Below, piece by piece: positions 1-7,944 of a DNA stretch of 12,202 nucleotides; the first letter of the stretch is position 1; the number at the start of each line of letters is the position of its first letter. The position numbers and the translations under genes are program-made. The notes beneath the pieces were generated by a model that did not search any database, was not told the DNA's origin, and was given only the letters and a program-made list of their open reading frames with translations. This stretch comes from an uncultured Pseudomonadota bacterium (GTDB lineage: Bacteria > SAR324 > NAC60-12): NCBI GenBank assembly GCA_913020725.1, contig CAJWCD010000109.1:1-12202 (forward strand), written 5' to 3'.

Positions 1-59
1 CCGCCAATGAACACGGCATGGTGATGACCTTTTCCGGCCTTCGCCTTTTTCATCATTGA
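1..59 (+). CDS. purH: 3' end (partial) of bifunctional AICAR transformylase/IMP cyclohydrolase
   Basis: Frame from nt 3 reads ANEHGMVMTFSGLRLFHH* (TGA 57-59), resembling the PurH C-terminus (E. coli-type AADEHGIAMLFTDMRHFRH). Only 18 codons are visible. Not in the ORF track. Confidence 0.85.
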   Translation, partial: ANEHGMVMTFSGLRLFHH

Positions 60-68
60 GGCGACGAT

Positions 69-731
69 ATGACAATCCAAGGACTCCTGCTCGACTTTGA
101 CGGCACTCTGCTTGATTCGGAACCTTGGCATCATCAGGCGTGGAATGCGGTGTTGTGGGAGCATCAAATTCAGTTTACAGAAGCGCAGTACATGGAACTG
201 CTCGTGGGACACTCCACCGCCCACTGCGCAGCAATCGTCAATCGGCACTTTGGCACCAGCTTCGCAGAAAAATGGCTGGTAGACACCGTGGATGCGCAGG
301 TCAACGAGTGGTTTCACTCGCGGCCACTTCCGGAAAATTCCGAAGTTGAAACGCTGTTGCGCTGGAGCCGGAAAGCGGGATTGCGTGTGGCGGTGGTGAC
401 CGGAAGTTCACGGCTGCTCGTGGAAACCGCCTTGGAGCGCACAGGCTGGCAGCAGTTGATCGAGCTGATCGTTGCGGACGATGATGTCCAGCACGGCAAA
501 CCACACCCGGAAGGCTACCTCGCGGCGCTCCAGCAGTTTGGCTTGGAGCCAGAGGCAGCGGTGGCCATCGAAGATTCCGCAACAGGAGCCGCAGCCGCAC
601 TGGCCGCAGGAGTCGCTTGTCTGATTTGTTCCAACCGCTTCACCGACCAGCAATCTTTTCCAGAAGACACTCACCGCATCCGTTCGCTGCAAGATGCCCA
701 ACGCTGGATTGGCGAACGGTTGGCAGAGTGA
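69..731 (+). CDS. HAD-superfamily phosphatase (beta-PGM/YqaB/CbbY-like)
   Basis: Motif I LLDFDGTLLDSE, motif II VVTGS, motif III GKPHPEGY, motif IV IEDSATG. GAGG at 58-61 is a plausible RBS. Confidence 0.92.
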   Translation: MTIQGLLLDFDGTLLDSEPWHHQAWNAVLWEHQIQFTEAQYMELLVGHSTAHCAAIVNRHFGTSFAEKWLVDTVDAQVNEWFHSRPLPENSEVETLLRWSRKAGLRVAVVTGSSRLLVETALERTGWQQLIELIVADDDVQHGKPHPEGYLAALQQFGLEPEAAVAIEDSATGAAAALAAGVACLICSNRFTDQQSFPEDTHRIRSLQDAQRWIGERLAE

Positions 732-733
732 GC

Positions 734-1153
734 ATGGCGCAAAGCGACCTCGCTCCGGAAACCCCGGTCCTGCTGTTTGACGGAACCTGCGTCCTTTGCA
801 ACCATGCCGTCCAGTTCATCCTCAAAAATGAATCAGAAACACGCTTGCATTTTGCCTCGTTGCAGAGTGATTTGGGGCAACGCCTGCTCCGTGAGCATCG
901 GGTTCCCACGCAACTGGACTCGATGGTGCTGGTTGAACACGACGGCGCACACGCCAAAAGCGAGGCGGTTTGGCGCATCGCCCAATGGCTGCAACCACCG
1001 TGGCAATGGCTGAACGGATTGCGCTGGATCCCGCGTTTCTTGCGTGATTGGGGCTACGATGTCGTCGCCCGCAATCGCTATCACTGGTTCGGCACCCAAG
1101 ACGCCTGCCTGATTCCGGACGAGCAGCAGCGAGCGCGTTTTCTAGATTTGTAG
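734..1153 (+). CDS. DCC-family (YuxK-like) predicted thiol-disulfide oxidoreductase
   Basis: FDGTCVLC (DxxCxxC), FASLQS and YDVVARNRYHWFG..C motifs. Start moved to ATG 734, 2 nt after the HAD stop. Confidence 0.9.
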   Translation: MAQSDLAPETPVLLFDGTCVLCNHAVQFILKNESETRLHFASLQSDLGQRLLREHRVPTQLDSMVLVEHDGAHAKSEAVWRIAQWLQPPWQWLNGLRWIPRFLRDWGYDVVARNRYHWFGTQDACLIPDEQQRARFLDL

Positions 1154-2098
1154 CCCTCGCAAAGTTCCTGCGGAATCGTTGGAGCCTGCCCGCCGCCGGA
1201 CTTGTAAGATGCGCTCGTGTCCTTGCAAATCGTGGTGCAGCAGCTCAAATTCCAACTCCGGAATCTCCGCAACCAGTGCCCGCACCGCCTCGCCCTGTCC
1301 GGCGCCAAGCTCGCAAAGCAACCGCCCCTCCGGACGCAACAAGCGCACGGATTCCTTCAACAACAAGCGGATACAATCCAGCCCGTCTGCGCCCGCAAAG
1401 AGTGCAAGTTCCGGTTCAAAACGACGCACTCCGGGAGCGAGAGCGTCGTCCCCTTCGGCAACATAGGGCGGATTGCTCACCAGCAAATCCCACTCGCCTT
1501 CGTCTGCAAGCCCCTCCAGCCCGTCGCCTTCAAGCAGTGTGATCGAATTGTTGCGTGGAGCGAGCAGGGAGTCATGGTGGTGCAGATTTTGTTTGGCAAT
1601 TTCAAGGGCTTCCGCATATTTTTCTACCGTGACAATGCGGAGATCGGTCACTTCAGAGCAGAGAGCGAGAGGAATCGCAGCAGAACCGGTGCCGAACTCC
1701 ACGATGCGCAGCGGGGTGTCGGGGTTGCGGAATCCAGATTGACGGATCATGTGCAGCGCGGCTTCCACCACACCCTCGGTTTCCGGACGAGGAATCAGCA
1801 CGCCGGGAGCCACATGGAGAGTGAGCGACCAGAAGTCCTGAGTGCCCAGCAGGTAGGCGACCGGACAGCCCTCGGCGCGTTGGTCGATCAGTTTTTGGAA
1901 TTGATCGACTTGAGAAATGCTAAGAACATCAGATTCATGGAATAGCAACTCCGCACGTTCGCAGCCCCGCACGAAGGCGAGCAGGAGTTCTGTATCCAGC
2001 CACGCGGTGTCCGAGCAGGATTTGAGTTCGCGGATTCCCCAGTCGCACCAGTTTCGGACGCTACGAGGGGGTCTGGAGGTTTTCATGTCCGCCTGCAT
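1142..2098 (-). CDS. prmC: Release factor glutamine N5-methyltransferase (HemK/PrmC)
   Basis: PVAYLLG..FWSL, VLIPRPETE, SAM motif EFGTGSAAI, catalytic SNPPY, FEPELALFAG.DGL. The start could be 2098 or 2086. Confidence 0.95.
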   Translation of the reverse strand: MQADMKTSRPPRSVRNWCDWGIRELKSCSDTAWLDTELLLAFVRGCERAELLFHESDVLSISQVDQFQKLIDQRAEGCPVAYLLGTQDFWSLTLHVAPGVLIPRPETEGVVEAALHMIRQSGFRNPDTPLRIVEFGTGSAAIPLALCSEVTDLRIVTVEKYAEALEIAKQNLHHHDSLLAPRNNSITLLEGDGLEGLADEGEWDLLVSNPPYVAEGDDALAPGVRRFEPELALFAGADGLDCIRLLLKESVRLLRPEGRLLCELGAGQGEAVRALVAEIPELEFELLHHDLQGHERILQVRRRAGSNDSAGTLRGLQI

Positions 2099-2147
2099 CG
2101 CCTCTCACCAATCCGGTGCCATTCCAATCCCCCAAGCATAGCAGGGG

Positions 2148-3221
2148 TCAGTCCAATAGAAATTTCCCCTTTTCAATCAGCTTGCGATCATCAAGAAAAA
2201 GAGCACCTTCTACACGCAAATCCTTGATCAAATCCCAGTGAAATGCCGACTGATTCACACCGCCACATTCCGGATACGCCCGCCCCAGCGCAATGTGTAC
2301 CGTGCCGCCAATTTTCTCATCAAACAACAAATCGTAGCAGTAGCGGCTGATGCCGAAATTGGTCCCTACACCGAATTCGCCGATGCGCTTGGCCCCTTCG
2401 TCCATGGCAAGGAGTTCTTTGAGAAGCTTCTCATTTTTATCGGCATGGGCCTCCACCACTTCCCCTGCGAAAAAGCGTAAACGGATGCCCTCAATAAACT
2501 GCCCTGCAAAGACTGCCGGAAACTCGAAAGCAATGTGTCCTTCTGCGCTGTTGTCAAGCGGCGCAGTGTAGATTTCGCCTCCGGGCATGTTAATGTGCCC
2601 GTCATCAATCACATACTTTCGACCCGTCGTGGTGAAGCTCAGGTCCGTGTCTCTGCCGACGATCCGGATGCGCTCCGAGGCTTGCAGCACTTTTTGAATC
2701 GCTTCGTAGCGTACACGCTCTTCCTGCCAGTCCAACAGCGTTGCGTTGAAAAAGAACTCCATCATCTCCTCGGTACTCATGCCCGCCTGTTGGGCAAACG
2801 CGGAATTGGGAACACGAACCAGTACCCAGCGGGTCAACTGGGTGCGCAGGGCCGAAACTTTGCCGAGAGCACGCCGAAACGCCGTGATCCGCTCTGAAGC
2901 GATGCCTTGAAATTCATGTGGGTTGCTGGCTCCGCGCAAGCCGATGTACACATCCGCCCATTTCATGCCCTTGCCCTGAAGCTCATGAGCGCGGTCAAAC
3001 TGCTCCGGAGCGCCCCAGCGCATGAGATCACGCTGAAGCAGGGTGGACTGAAATTCGATGTGTGGGTGGGCACCGGCACGAAGCGCTGCGGCATGAACCG
3101 CCCGGGCCAACGGCCAAGTGTCGGTTTCCATCATGGTGATCAGCACACGATCCCCCGGACCCGTTGTCGTCGAATAGTTGACCAGGATGTCGGCAAGCTG
3201 TTCCCAGCGTGAATCAAGCAT
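2148..3221 (-). CDS. Peptidase M29 aminopeptidase (AmpS/AmpT-like)
   Basis: LADILVNYS, PNSAFAQQAGMS, NMPGGEIYTAP, IGEFGVG, LFDEKIGGTVHIALG, NQSAFHWDLI. The expected metal-ligand E/H/D residues are present. Confidence 0.93.
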   Translation of the reverse strand: MLDSRWEQLADILVNYSTTTGPGDRVLITMMETDTWPLARAVHAAALRAGAHPHIEFQSTLLQRDLMRWGAPEQFDRAHELQGKGMKWADVYIGLRGASNPHEFQGIASERITAFRRALGKVSALRTQLTRWVLVRVPNSAFAQQAGMSTEEMMEFFFNATLLDWQEERVRYEAIQKVLQASERIRIVGRDTDLSFTTTGRKYVIDDGHINMPGGEIYTAPLDNSAEGHIAFEFPAVFAGQFIEGIRLRFFAGEVVEAHADKNEKLLKELLAMDEGAKRIGEFGVGTNFGISRYCYDLLFDEKIGGTVHIALGRAYPECGGVNQSAFHWDLIKDLRVEGALFLDDRKLIEKGKFLLD

Positions 3222-3241
3222 GATTATTCAGTCGGTGAGGA

Positions 3242-4042
3242 TCAGCGTAGTGTTGCAACTTTGTCCATGAAGCGACGCACCCGCTCCGGATCAACCGGAT
3301 TCCAAGTGTCGCCCTCGCGCTTGAGGTGCGAGCCAATCACGCAGCCATCCGTCACTGCGAACAGTTCGGCAACCGTGTCAATCGTAACTCCGGTGTTGGC
3401 CAGCAGGGGGGTCTCCGGAATGACTTCGCGCACCTGCCGCAGTTCGGTTTGGTTCACTCCTTCGCCAGTCATTGGCCCGGAAACGCAGATCACATCCGCC
3501 TTTGACGAGAACACCGCACTCTTGGCACGAACCGCCAGCGGTCGGGTGTCTAGCGAAGTGGCGAACTCCGCGTTGATGTTAAAAAGCAATTGCAGGTCCC
3601 GTCGCCCCAGATTTGAGCGCAAGCGTGCAGCTCCGGCACAGTCCGGAACCCAAAGCCCCATGTCGGAAGCGTAGGCTCCCGTGTAGATTTCGCGTGCAAA
3701 ACGGGCTTCAGTCGCCGCCGCCAAGGCCACGGTGGCCACAGGATCCCAGAGGTAGTTCACTCCGAATGGAACCGAGAGCATGGACTTCACTTGGCCAATC
3801 ACCGCGGCCAACGCTGCAAGGTTTTCCGGAGTTGCCTTGAGGACATAGGGGCGATCAAACTCGTTTCCGAACATGACGGCATCCACACCACCGGATTGCA
3901 ACGCCTCAAGATCAGCGATCACCGCATCCATGATTCGGCTCATTCCACCAGCACGATCATAATCCGGAGAACCGGGTAGCGCCGGGACATGGACCATCGC
4001 GATCACCGTTTTTTCTCCCAGTTGGATGAGTGGTTCAGGCAT
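3242..4042 (-). CDS. BtpA/SgcQ family TIM-barrel protein
   Basis: IAMVHVPALPGSP, LQSGGVDAVMFGNEFDRPY, PFGVNYLWD, ICVSGPMTG, LANTGV, DGCVIGS. ATG 4042 overlaps the kinase stop (TGATG), with GGAGG upstream. Confidence 0.92.
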   Translation of the reverse strand: MPEPLIQLGEKTVIAMVHVPALPGSPDYDRAGGMSRIMDAVIADLEALQSGGVDAVMFGNEFDRPYVLKATPENLAALAAVIGQVKSMLSVPFGVNYLWDPVATVALAAATEARFAREIYTGAYASDMGLWVPDCAGAARLRSNLGRRDLQLLFNINAEFATSLDTRPLAVRAKSAVFSSKADVICVSGPMTGEGVNQTELRQVREVIPETPLLANTGVTIDTVAELFAVTDGCVIGSHLKREGDTWNPVDPERVRRFMDKVATLR

Positions 4043-5547
4043 CACACCTCCAGTTGCTGACGGATGGTGCGCAGGGTGGCATAGCTTGACTTGTAGGCTT
4101 CATAAAAGGGTTGGTACTCCGCGTGAGTTTGGGCATTGGGTTCAATCATTCGATCCACCTCCACCATTTGCTGTGCGGCGCTGGGGATGTCCTCGTAAAT
4201 CCCAGCCCCAACTGCCGCAAGAATGGCACATCCCAGTAGGGGCGCGTCTGGATTCTTAGTGAGGGTCAGGGGCAGGTTGGAAACATCCGCGTGAATTTGC
4301 AACCACAAATCGGAGCGTGTCGCACCTCCGGAGACCACGACGCTCTGTGGATGAAAGCCGTTGTTGCGCATGGTTTCCAAAATCAATTCGCTACCAAACG
4401 CTACACCCTCGATGGTCGCCCGGAAGAGATGCGCCCGACCATGTTTGAGCGTCAGACCATGAAAGGCACCCCGTGATCTTGGATCCGTGTGCGGAGTGCG
4501 ATTGCCCTGAAAATGCTCCTGAACCACCAAACCCTCCGATCCCGGAGGCAATTGCAATGCGTCCCGGTTGAGCGCAGAGTAGTCGGATTCTCCAAACAGG
4601 TTCTTGAGCCAATTGATCACGGATCCTGTGGAGGTTTGTCCGCCTTCAACACTGTAAAGTCCCGGCAACAGGGCATCCGAGTAGGTGCCCCAAATTCCGG
4701 TGCCGTAAAACTCCTTCTCACTCAATCCTAGCTGGAGGTGGGAGGAGCCAGTGATGAAGGCGAGGCTTCCCGGCTGCACAACTCCAAGGCCGATCATGCC
4801 AATTTGGGCATCAGCACCTCCTTGCACAACGGGCAAGCCTGTGGGCAAGCCGAGGTGTTCTGCGGCTTCTGTCGTCAGTCCGCCAATCACTTCGCCAAGG
4901 GCCAGCACCTCCTGTGGCCACTTTTCGGCCAATGCTTCCAAGTCGAGACTTTTCAGCAACGACTGCGGAATTCCGCCGCGACTGCGGTTGTAGTGCCAGC
5001 GACTGGCAACGTTGTTGATACTGGCGACGCGACGCCCCGTGAGGTGCAGGTTGAGGTAGTCCTGATACTCACAAACCGTGAACGCTCGGTCGAAAAGTTC
5101 CGGCTCGTTTTGCTGGATCCACAACGCCTTGGGGATCATCCACTCTGCGGAAACTGGGCCGTTTCCATTGCTGTTGATGCACAGTGCTGCGTCCCCTGTT
5201 GCCACTAGCTGCTCGGCCTGTTTGGCACTACGGACATCCATCCAGATCAGTGCCGGACGCACAGCATTGCCTGCACTGTCGAGGGCAACGACACTGCAAC
5301 AGGTGGTGTCCACCGTCATTGCCGTGACCTGATCTGGGCGGATTCCCGCTTTCTTGACCGCCTCCCGGACGGATTGTCCAAGCGCGCTCCACCAGTCTTG
5401 TGGATTCTGCTCCGCCCAGCCCGGCGCAGGAAACTCGGTTGCATAGGTGGTTGCAGCGTAGGCGAGTGGAACTCCTGCGTGGTCAAAAACCCCCGCACGG
5501 AGACTTTCCGTTCCTCCATCCACTCCGATCAGGTATATTTTCTTCAT
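4042..5547 (-). CDS. FGGY-family carbohydrate kinase (ribulokinase/xylulokinase-like; substrate unknown)
   Basis: IGVDGGTESLRA, PGWAEQNP, WMDVRS, GGADA, ITGSS, FQGNRTP, EGVAFG, SGGATRS.LWLQIHADV. Confidence 0.95.
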   Translation of the reverse strand: MKKIYLIGVDGGTESLRAGVFDHAGVPLAYAATTYATEFPAPGWAEQNPQDWWSALGQSVREAVKKAGIRPDQVTAMTVDTTCCSVVALDSAGNAVRPALIWMDVRSAKQAEQLVATGDAALCINSNGNGPVSAEWMIPKALWIQQNEPELFDRAFTVCEYQDYLNLHLTGRRVASINNVASRWHYNRSRGGIPQSLLKSLDLEALAEKWPQEVLALGEVIGGLTTEAAEHLGLPTGLPVVQGGADAQIGMIGLGVVQPGSLAFITGSSHLQLGLSEKEFYGTGIWGTYSDALLPGLYSVEGGQTSTGSVINWLKNLFGESDYSALNRDALQLPPGSEGLVVQEHFQGNRTPHTDPRSRGAFHGLTLKHGRAHLFRATIEGVAFGSELILETMRNNGFHPQSVVVSGGATRSDLWLQIHADVSNLPLTLTKNPDAPLLGCAILAAVGAGIYEDIPSAAQQMVEVDRMIEPNAQTHAEYQPFYEAYKSSYATLRTIRQQLEV

Positions 5548-5651
5548 TTGAAACGCTTTGTCTTATTGGGTGCTAAACCACGAGCAAGAAAGAGGTCGCA
5601 AACCTTCCTCGTCACAACCTCCGTTTTTCGTGAACAATGGTGTGACGGCAT
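5544..5651 (-). CDS. Candidate 35-aa small ORF bridging SDR and kinase (MPSHHCSRKTEVVTRKVCDLFLARGLAPNKTKRFK)
   Basis: Its ATG (5651-5649) overlaps the SDR stop (TGATG), and its TGA (5546-5544) overlaps the kinase start (ATGA). The frame is open throughout. No homology recognised. Confidence 0.3.
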   Translation of the reverse strand: MPSHHCSRKTEVVTRKVCDLFLARGLAPNKTKRFK

Positions 5652-6439
5652 CACCATTTTTCGTGATCATGCCCTACGGCCCGATCCAAGTGGGTGTATC
5701 CGCCGTCCACGAAGACGAGTTGACTCGTGGTGTGCGAGGAACAAAAGGATGCAAGAAAAACGACGGTGTGAGCGATTTCCTCCGGAGTGGTCAGTCGTTG
5801 CTCCAACGGAACCAGCTTCCCAATGTTTTTTTGTACAGCATCCGGATTTGCTTGCGACTGAAAAAAACGCTCATACTGATCTGTCAGGCACTCCGCAGGC
5901 AAAACGCAATTGACGCGAATGCCCTCTGGAGCCAAGGCCACGGCCCATTCTCGTGTGAGCGCGTTGATCGCACCCTTCGCAGCGGCATATCCGGAGGTGT
6001 GGCCCTGCCCTGTGACCGCAACCTTCGAGCCGAGGTTGACGATGCAGCCCGGCCCCGTGCGGAGATACGGCAACGCATGGTGGGTCATCGCATAGACATG
6101 CAGCAGGTTGCTACGCACGGAGGACATGAACTGTTCTGGAGAGGCCTCAAGCCCCAATCCGTCATTGAAACCGGCATTGTTCACCAACACATCCACGCCT
6201 CCAAAAGCCGCAACGGTTTGCTCCACGGCCTGACGACAGGCTTACCCCTCAGAGAGATCGGCTGCAATGAACTGAACCTCCGCTCCTAGTGATTCTGCCA
6301 AAGCGACTCCTGCTTCCTGGTCTCTGTCAATCACGGCAACCTTGCCGCCTTCTACTGCAAACGCCTGCACCATTGCTGCACCGATGCCCTTGGCTCCTCC
6401 TGTGACAAGCATCACTTTGCCTGACAGTTCCAAATCCAT
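5651..6439 (-). pseudogene. SDR oxidoreductase, L-fucose dehydrogenase-like, interrupted by one in-frame TAA at 6244-6242
   Basis: Track ORFs 6242..6439 and 5651..6226 share a frame: ..ADLSEG*ACRQAVEQTV..VNNAG. Motifs TGGAKGIG, NNAGFNDGLGLE, SKVAVTGQGHTSGYAAAKG (YxxxK), TREWAVAL and VDGGYTHLDRA match the L-fucose dehydrogenase SDR subfamily as I recall it. The stop may be a sequencing error. Confidence 0.85.
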
Positions 6440-6475
6440 TTATGTTCCTTGTTCAGTTAATCAATTCACCAAGAA

Positions 6476-6937
6476 TCAGACCACCTGACCGTCAGGGCCG
6501 ATCACCCCTTTGGTGAGGAAAAAACAACCATAGGGCCGCCGTTCGCAGGTGGCCACCACCGCATAGGTATTGTGGGCCAAGTCATAAAAATCAAAGCGTT
6601 CGACCGAACCCAACTTCCAGTCCCGATCCGTCCCTTCCAGAGCGGCTTGGTGGAGTTCCTCATGCACCTCCAGCTTGGTGTCCGGCTCGCCCACCACCTG
6701 CATGTACTGAAGCGGAGTCTCAATGAAGCTGTCCAGAGGGAAAACCGAGAGGATGGCGCGGGCTGCTTCCGTTGTCCCCACTCCGTCCAGCCGGATCACT
6801 TCGCCGTGAATGGTGGAGGAGGCCACGGAGTCCGCCGGGAAATTGCTGTCCACGAGGGTCAGCACGTCGCCGTGTCCCATGGCACGGAGGACGTAAAGCA
6901 AATCGGGGGTGAGCAAGGGGTCGAGGTTTTTCAGCAT
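6476..6937 (-). CDS. fucU: RbsD/FucU family sugar mutarotase
   Basis: MLKNLDPLL.PDLL..L.AMGHGD...VDSNFP, ERFDFY, YGCFFLTKGVI. Specificity for fucose is inferred from context. Confidence 0.88.
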   Translation of the reverse strand: MLKNLDPLLTPDLLYVLRAMGHGDVLTLVDSNFPADSVASSTIHGEVIRLDGVGTTEAARAILSVFPLDSFIETPLQYMQVVGEPDTKLEVHEELHQAALEGTDRDWKLGSVERFDFYDLAHNTYAVVATCERRPYGCFFLTKGVIGPDGQVV

Positions 6938-6986
6938 GGAGTCTCGTCAGGATTGGGTTCAGTTTATTAGCAAGGGCCTACTCTCC

Positions 6987-7886
6987 TCAGTCGAGTCGGT
7001 AAAGCCGTCCGGCATTCAGGTGAAACAGCTTCTCCTGCGCCGTTTGGGAGCGATCCGCGATAATTTCCCGCAGTACGGAAATCCACTGTGACAAACTCGC
7101 GCCAAGAGTGCAAACCGGCCAATCGCCTCCGAAAATCACGCGGTCTTCCCCGAAAGCATCGAGACAGGCGTTGACGGTTGGAGCCAGCGTGGTCACAGAC
7201 CAGCCCTCTTCGGCGCGGGCGATGATTCCGGAAATCTTGCAAATCACATTCTCAAGTCTCCCCAGCATTTGCAGGGCCGCAAGCCAGCCCTCCCTTGTGT
7301 GACCGAAGTCTGAGTCTGCACTGGAAGGAGTCGGTTGCCGTTCGCCATTCACAATATAGGGGTCCGGGTTTCCACAGTGGTCGAGGATGAAAGTGGTTTC
7401 CGGAACTTGACGGCAGAGTTCCACAACATCGGGAAGTTCGGCAGGTCGGATACAAATGTCAAACAGCAACCCGCGCCTTCCCAACTCCCGGACGCCCTTC
7501 ACAAACTCGGAAGTCCGGCAGTGCCCGGGGAGGATTTCTGGATTGTGCAACACTTGCCGGACTCCCTTGAGGTAGGGGTTTTTCGCATTGTCATCCAGAA
7601 ATTGCTTGAGCCGAGACGAACTAGGGTCCGCGGAACACACAAGGCTCTGCATGGCGTTTTCCGAATCCTGACAGTGGGGGGTGATGTCATCAATTTCTTG
7701 TTGCTTTTGGTCCGCATGGGCGTCCACCTCCATGTAAACGGTGCGGCAGATGCCTATGCCCTCCGCCGCATTCTGGTAATCCGACATGCGGAAACTTTGA
7801 TTCAGCACCGGAACCCCATGCACCCAAGGCAGGTTCAGGCGTTCCAAATCCCAGAGGTGCTGGTGTGTGTCCGTGATTTGCAGCAT
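6987..7886 (-). CDS. Amidohydrolase of the COG3618 sugar-lactonase type (L-fucono-/L-rhamnono-lactonase-like)
   Basis: DTHQHLWD, KGVRQVL, ILDHCGNP, CKISG, FGEDRVIFGGDWPVC. Start reset to ATG 7886 because the track extension overlaps the TPR gene. Confidence 0.88.
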   Translation of the reverse strand: MLQITDTHQHLWDLERLNLPWVHGVPVLNQSFRMSDYQNAAEGIGICRTVYMEVDAHADQKQQEIDDITPHCQDSENAMQSLVCSADPSSSRLKQFLDDNAKNPYLKGVRQVLHNPEILPGHCRTSEFVKGVRELGRRGLLFDICIRPAELPDVVELCRQVPETTFILDHCGNPDPYIVNGERQPTPSSADSDFGHTREGWLAALQMLGRLENVICKISGIIARAEEGWSVTTLAPTVNACLDAFGEDRVIFGGDWPVCTLGASLSQWISVLREIIADRSQTAQEKLFHLNAGRLYRLD

Positions 7887-7944
7887 GTTTGGGGAATTGC
7901 TTGAAGAATAAGGTTGACGAAGAACCCACGAACACAGAGATCGT

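Noticed and set aside
1217..1945. 242-aa plus-strand ORF, and similar antisense ORFs (1048-1542, 5374-5913, 7335-7904)
   Set aside because: They lie opposite well-supported genes, have no motifs, and are expected at this GC content.
6242..6244. Stop-codon recoding (Sec/Pyl or an alternative genetic code) in the SDR
   Set aside because: The codon is TAA, not TGA or TAG. TAA is a real stop for sseA, the cupin and the FAD oxidase in this window, and no other gene has internal stops.
5558..6289. 243-aa plus-strand ORF
   Set aside because: Antisense shadow of the SDR with no recognisable motifs.
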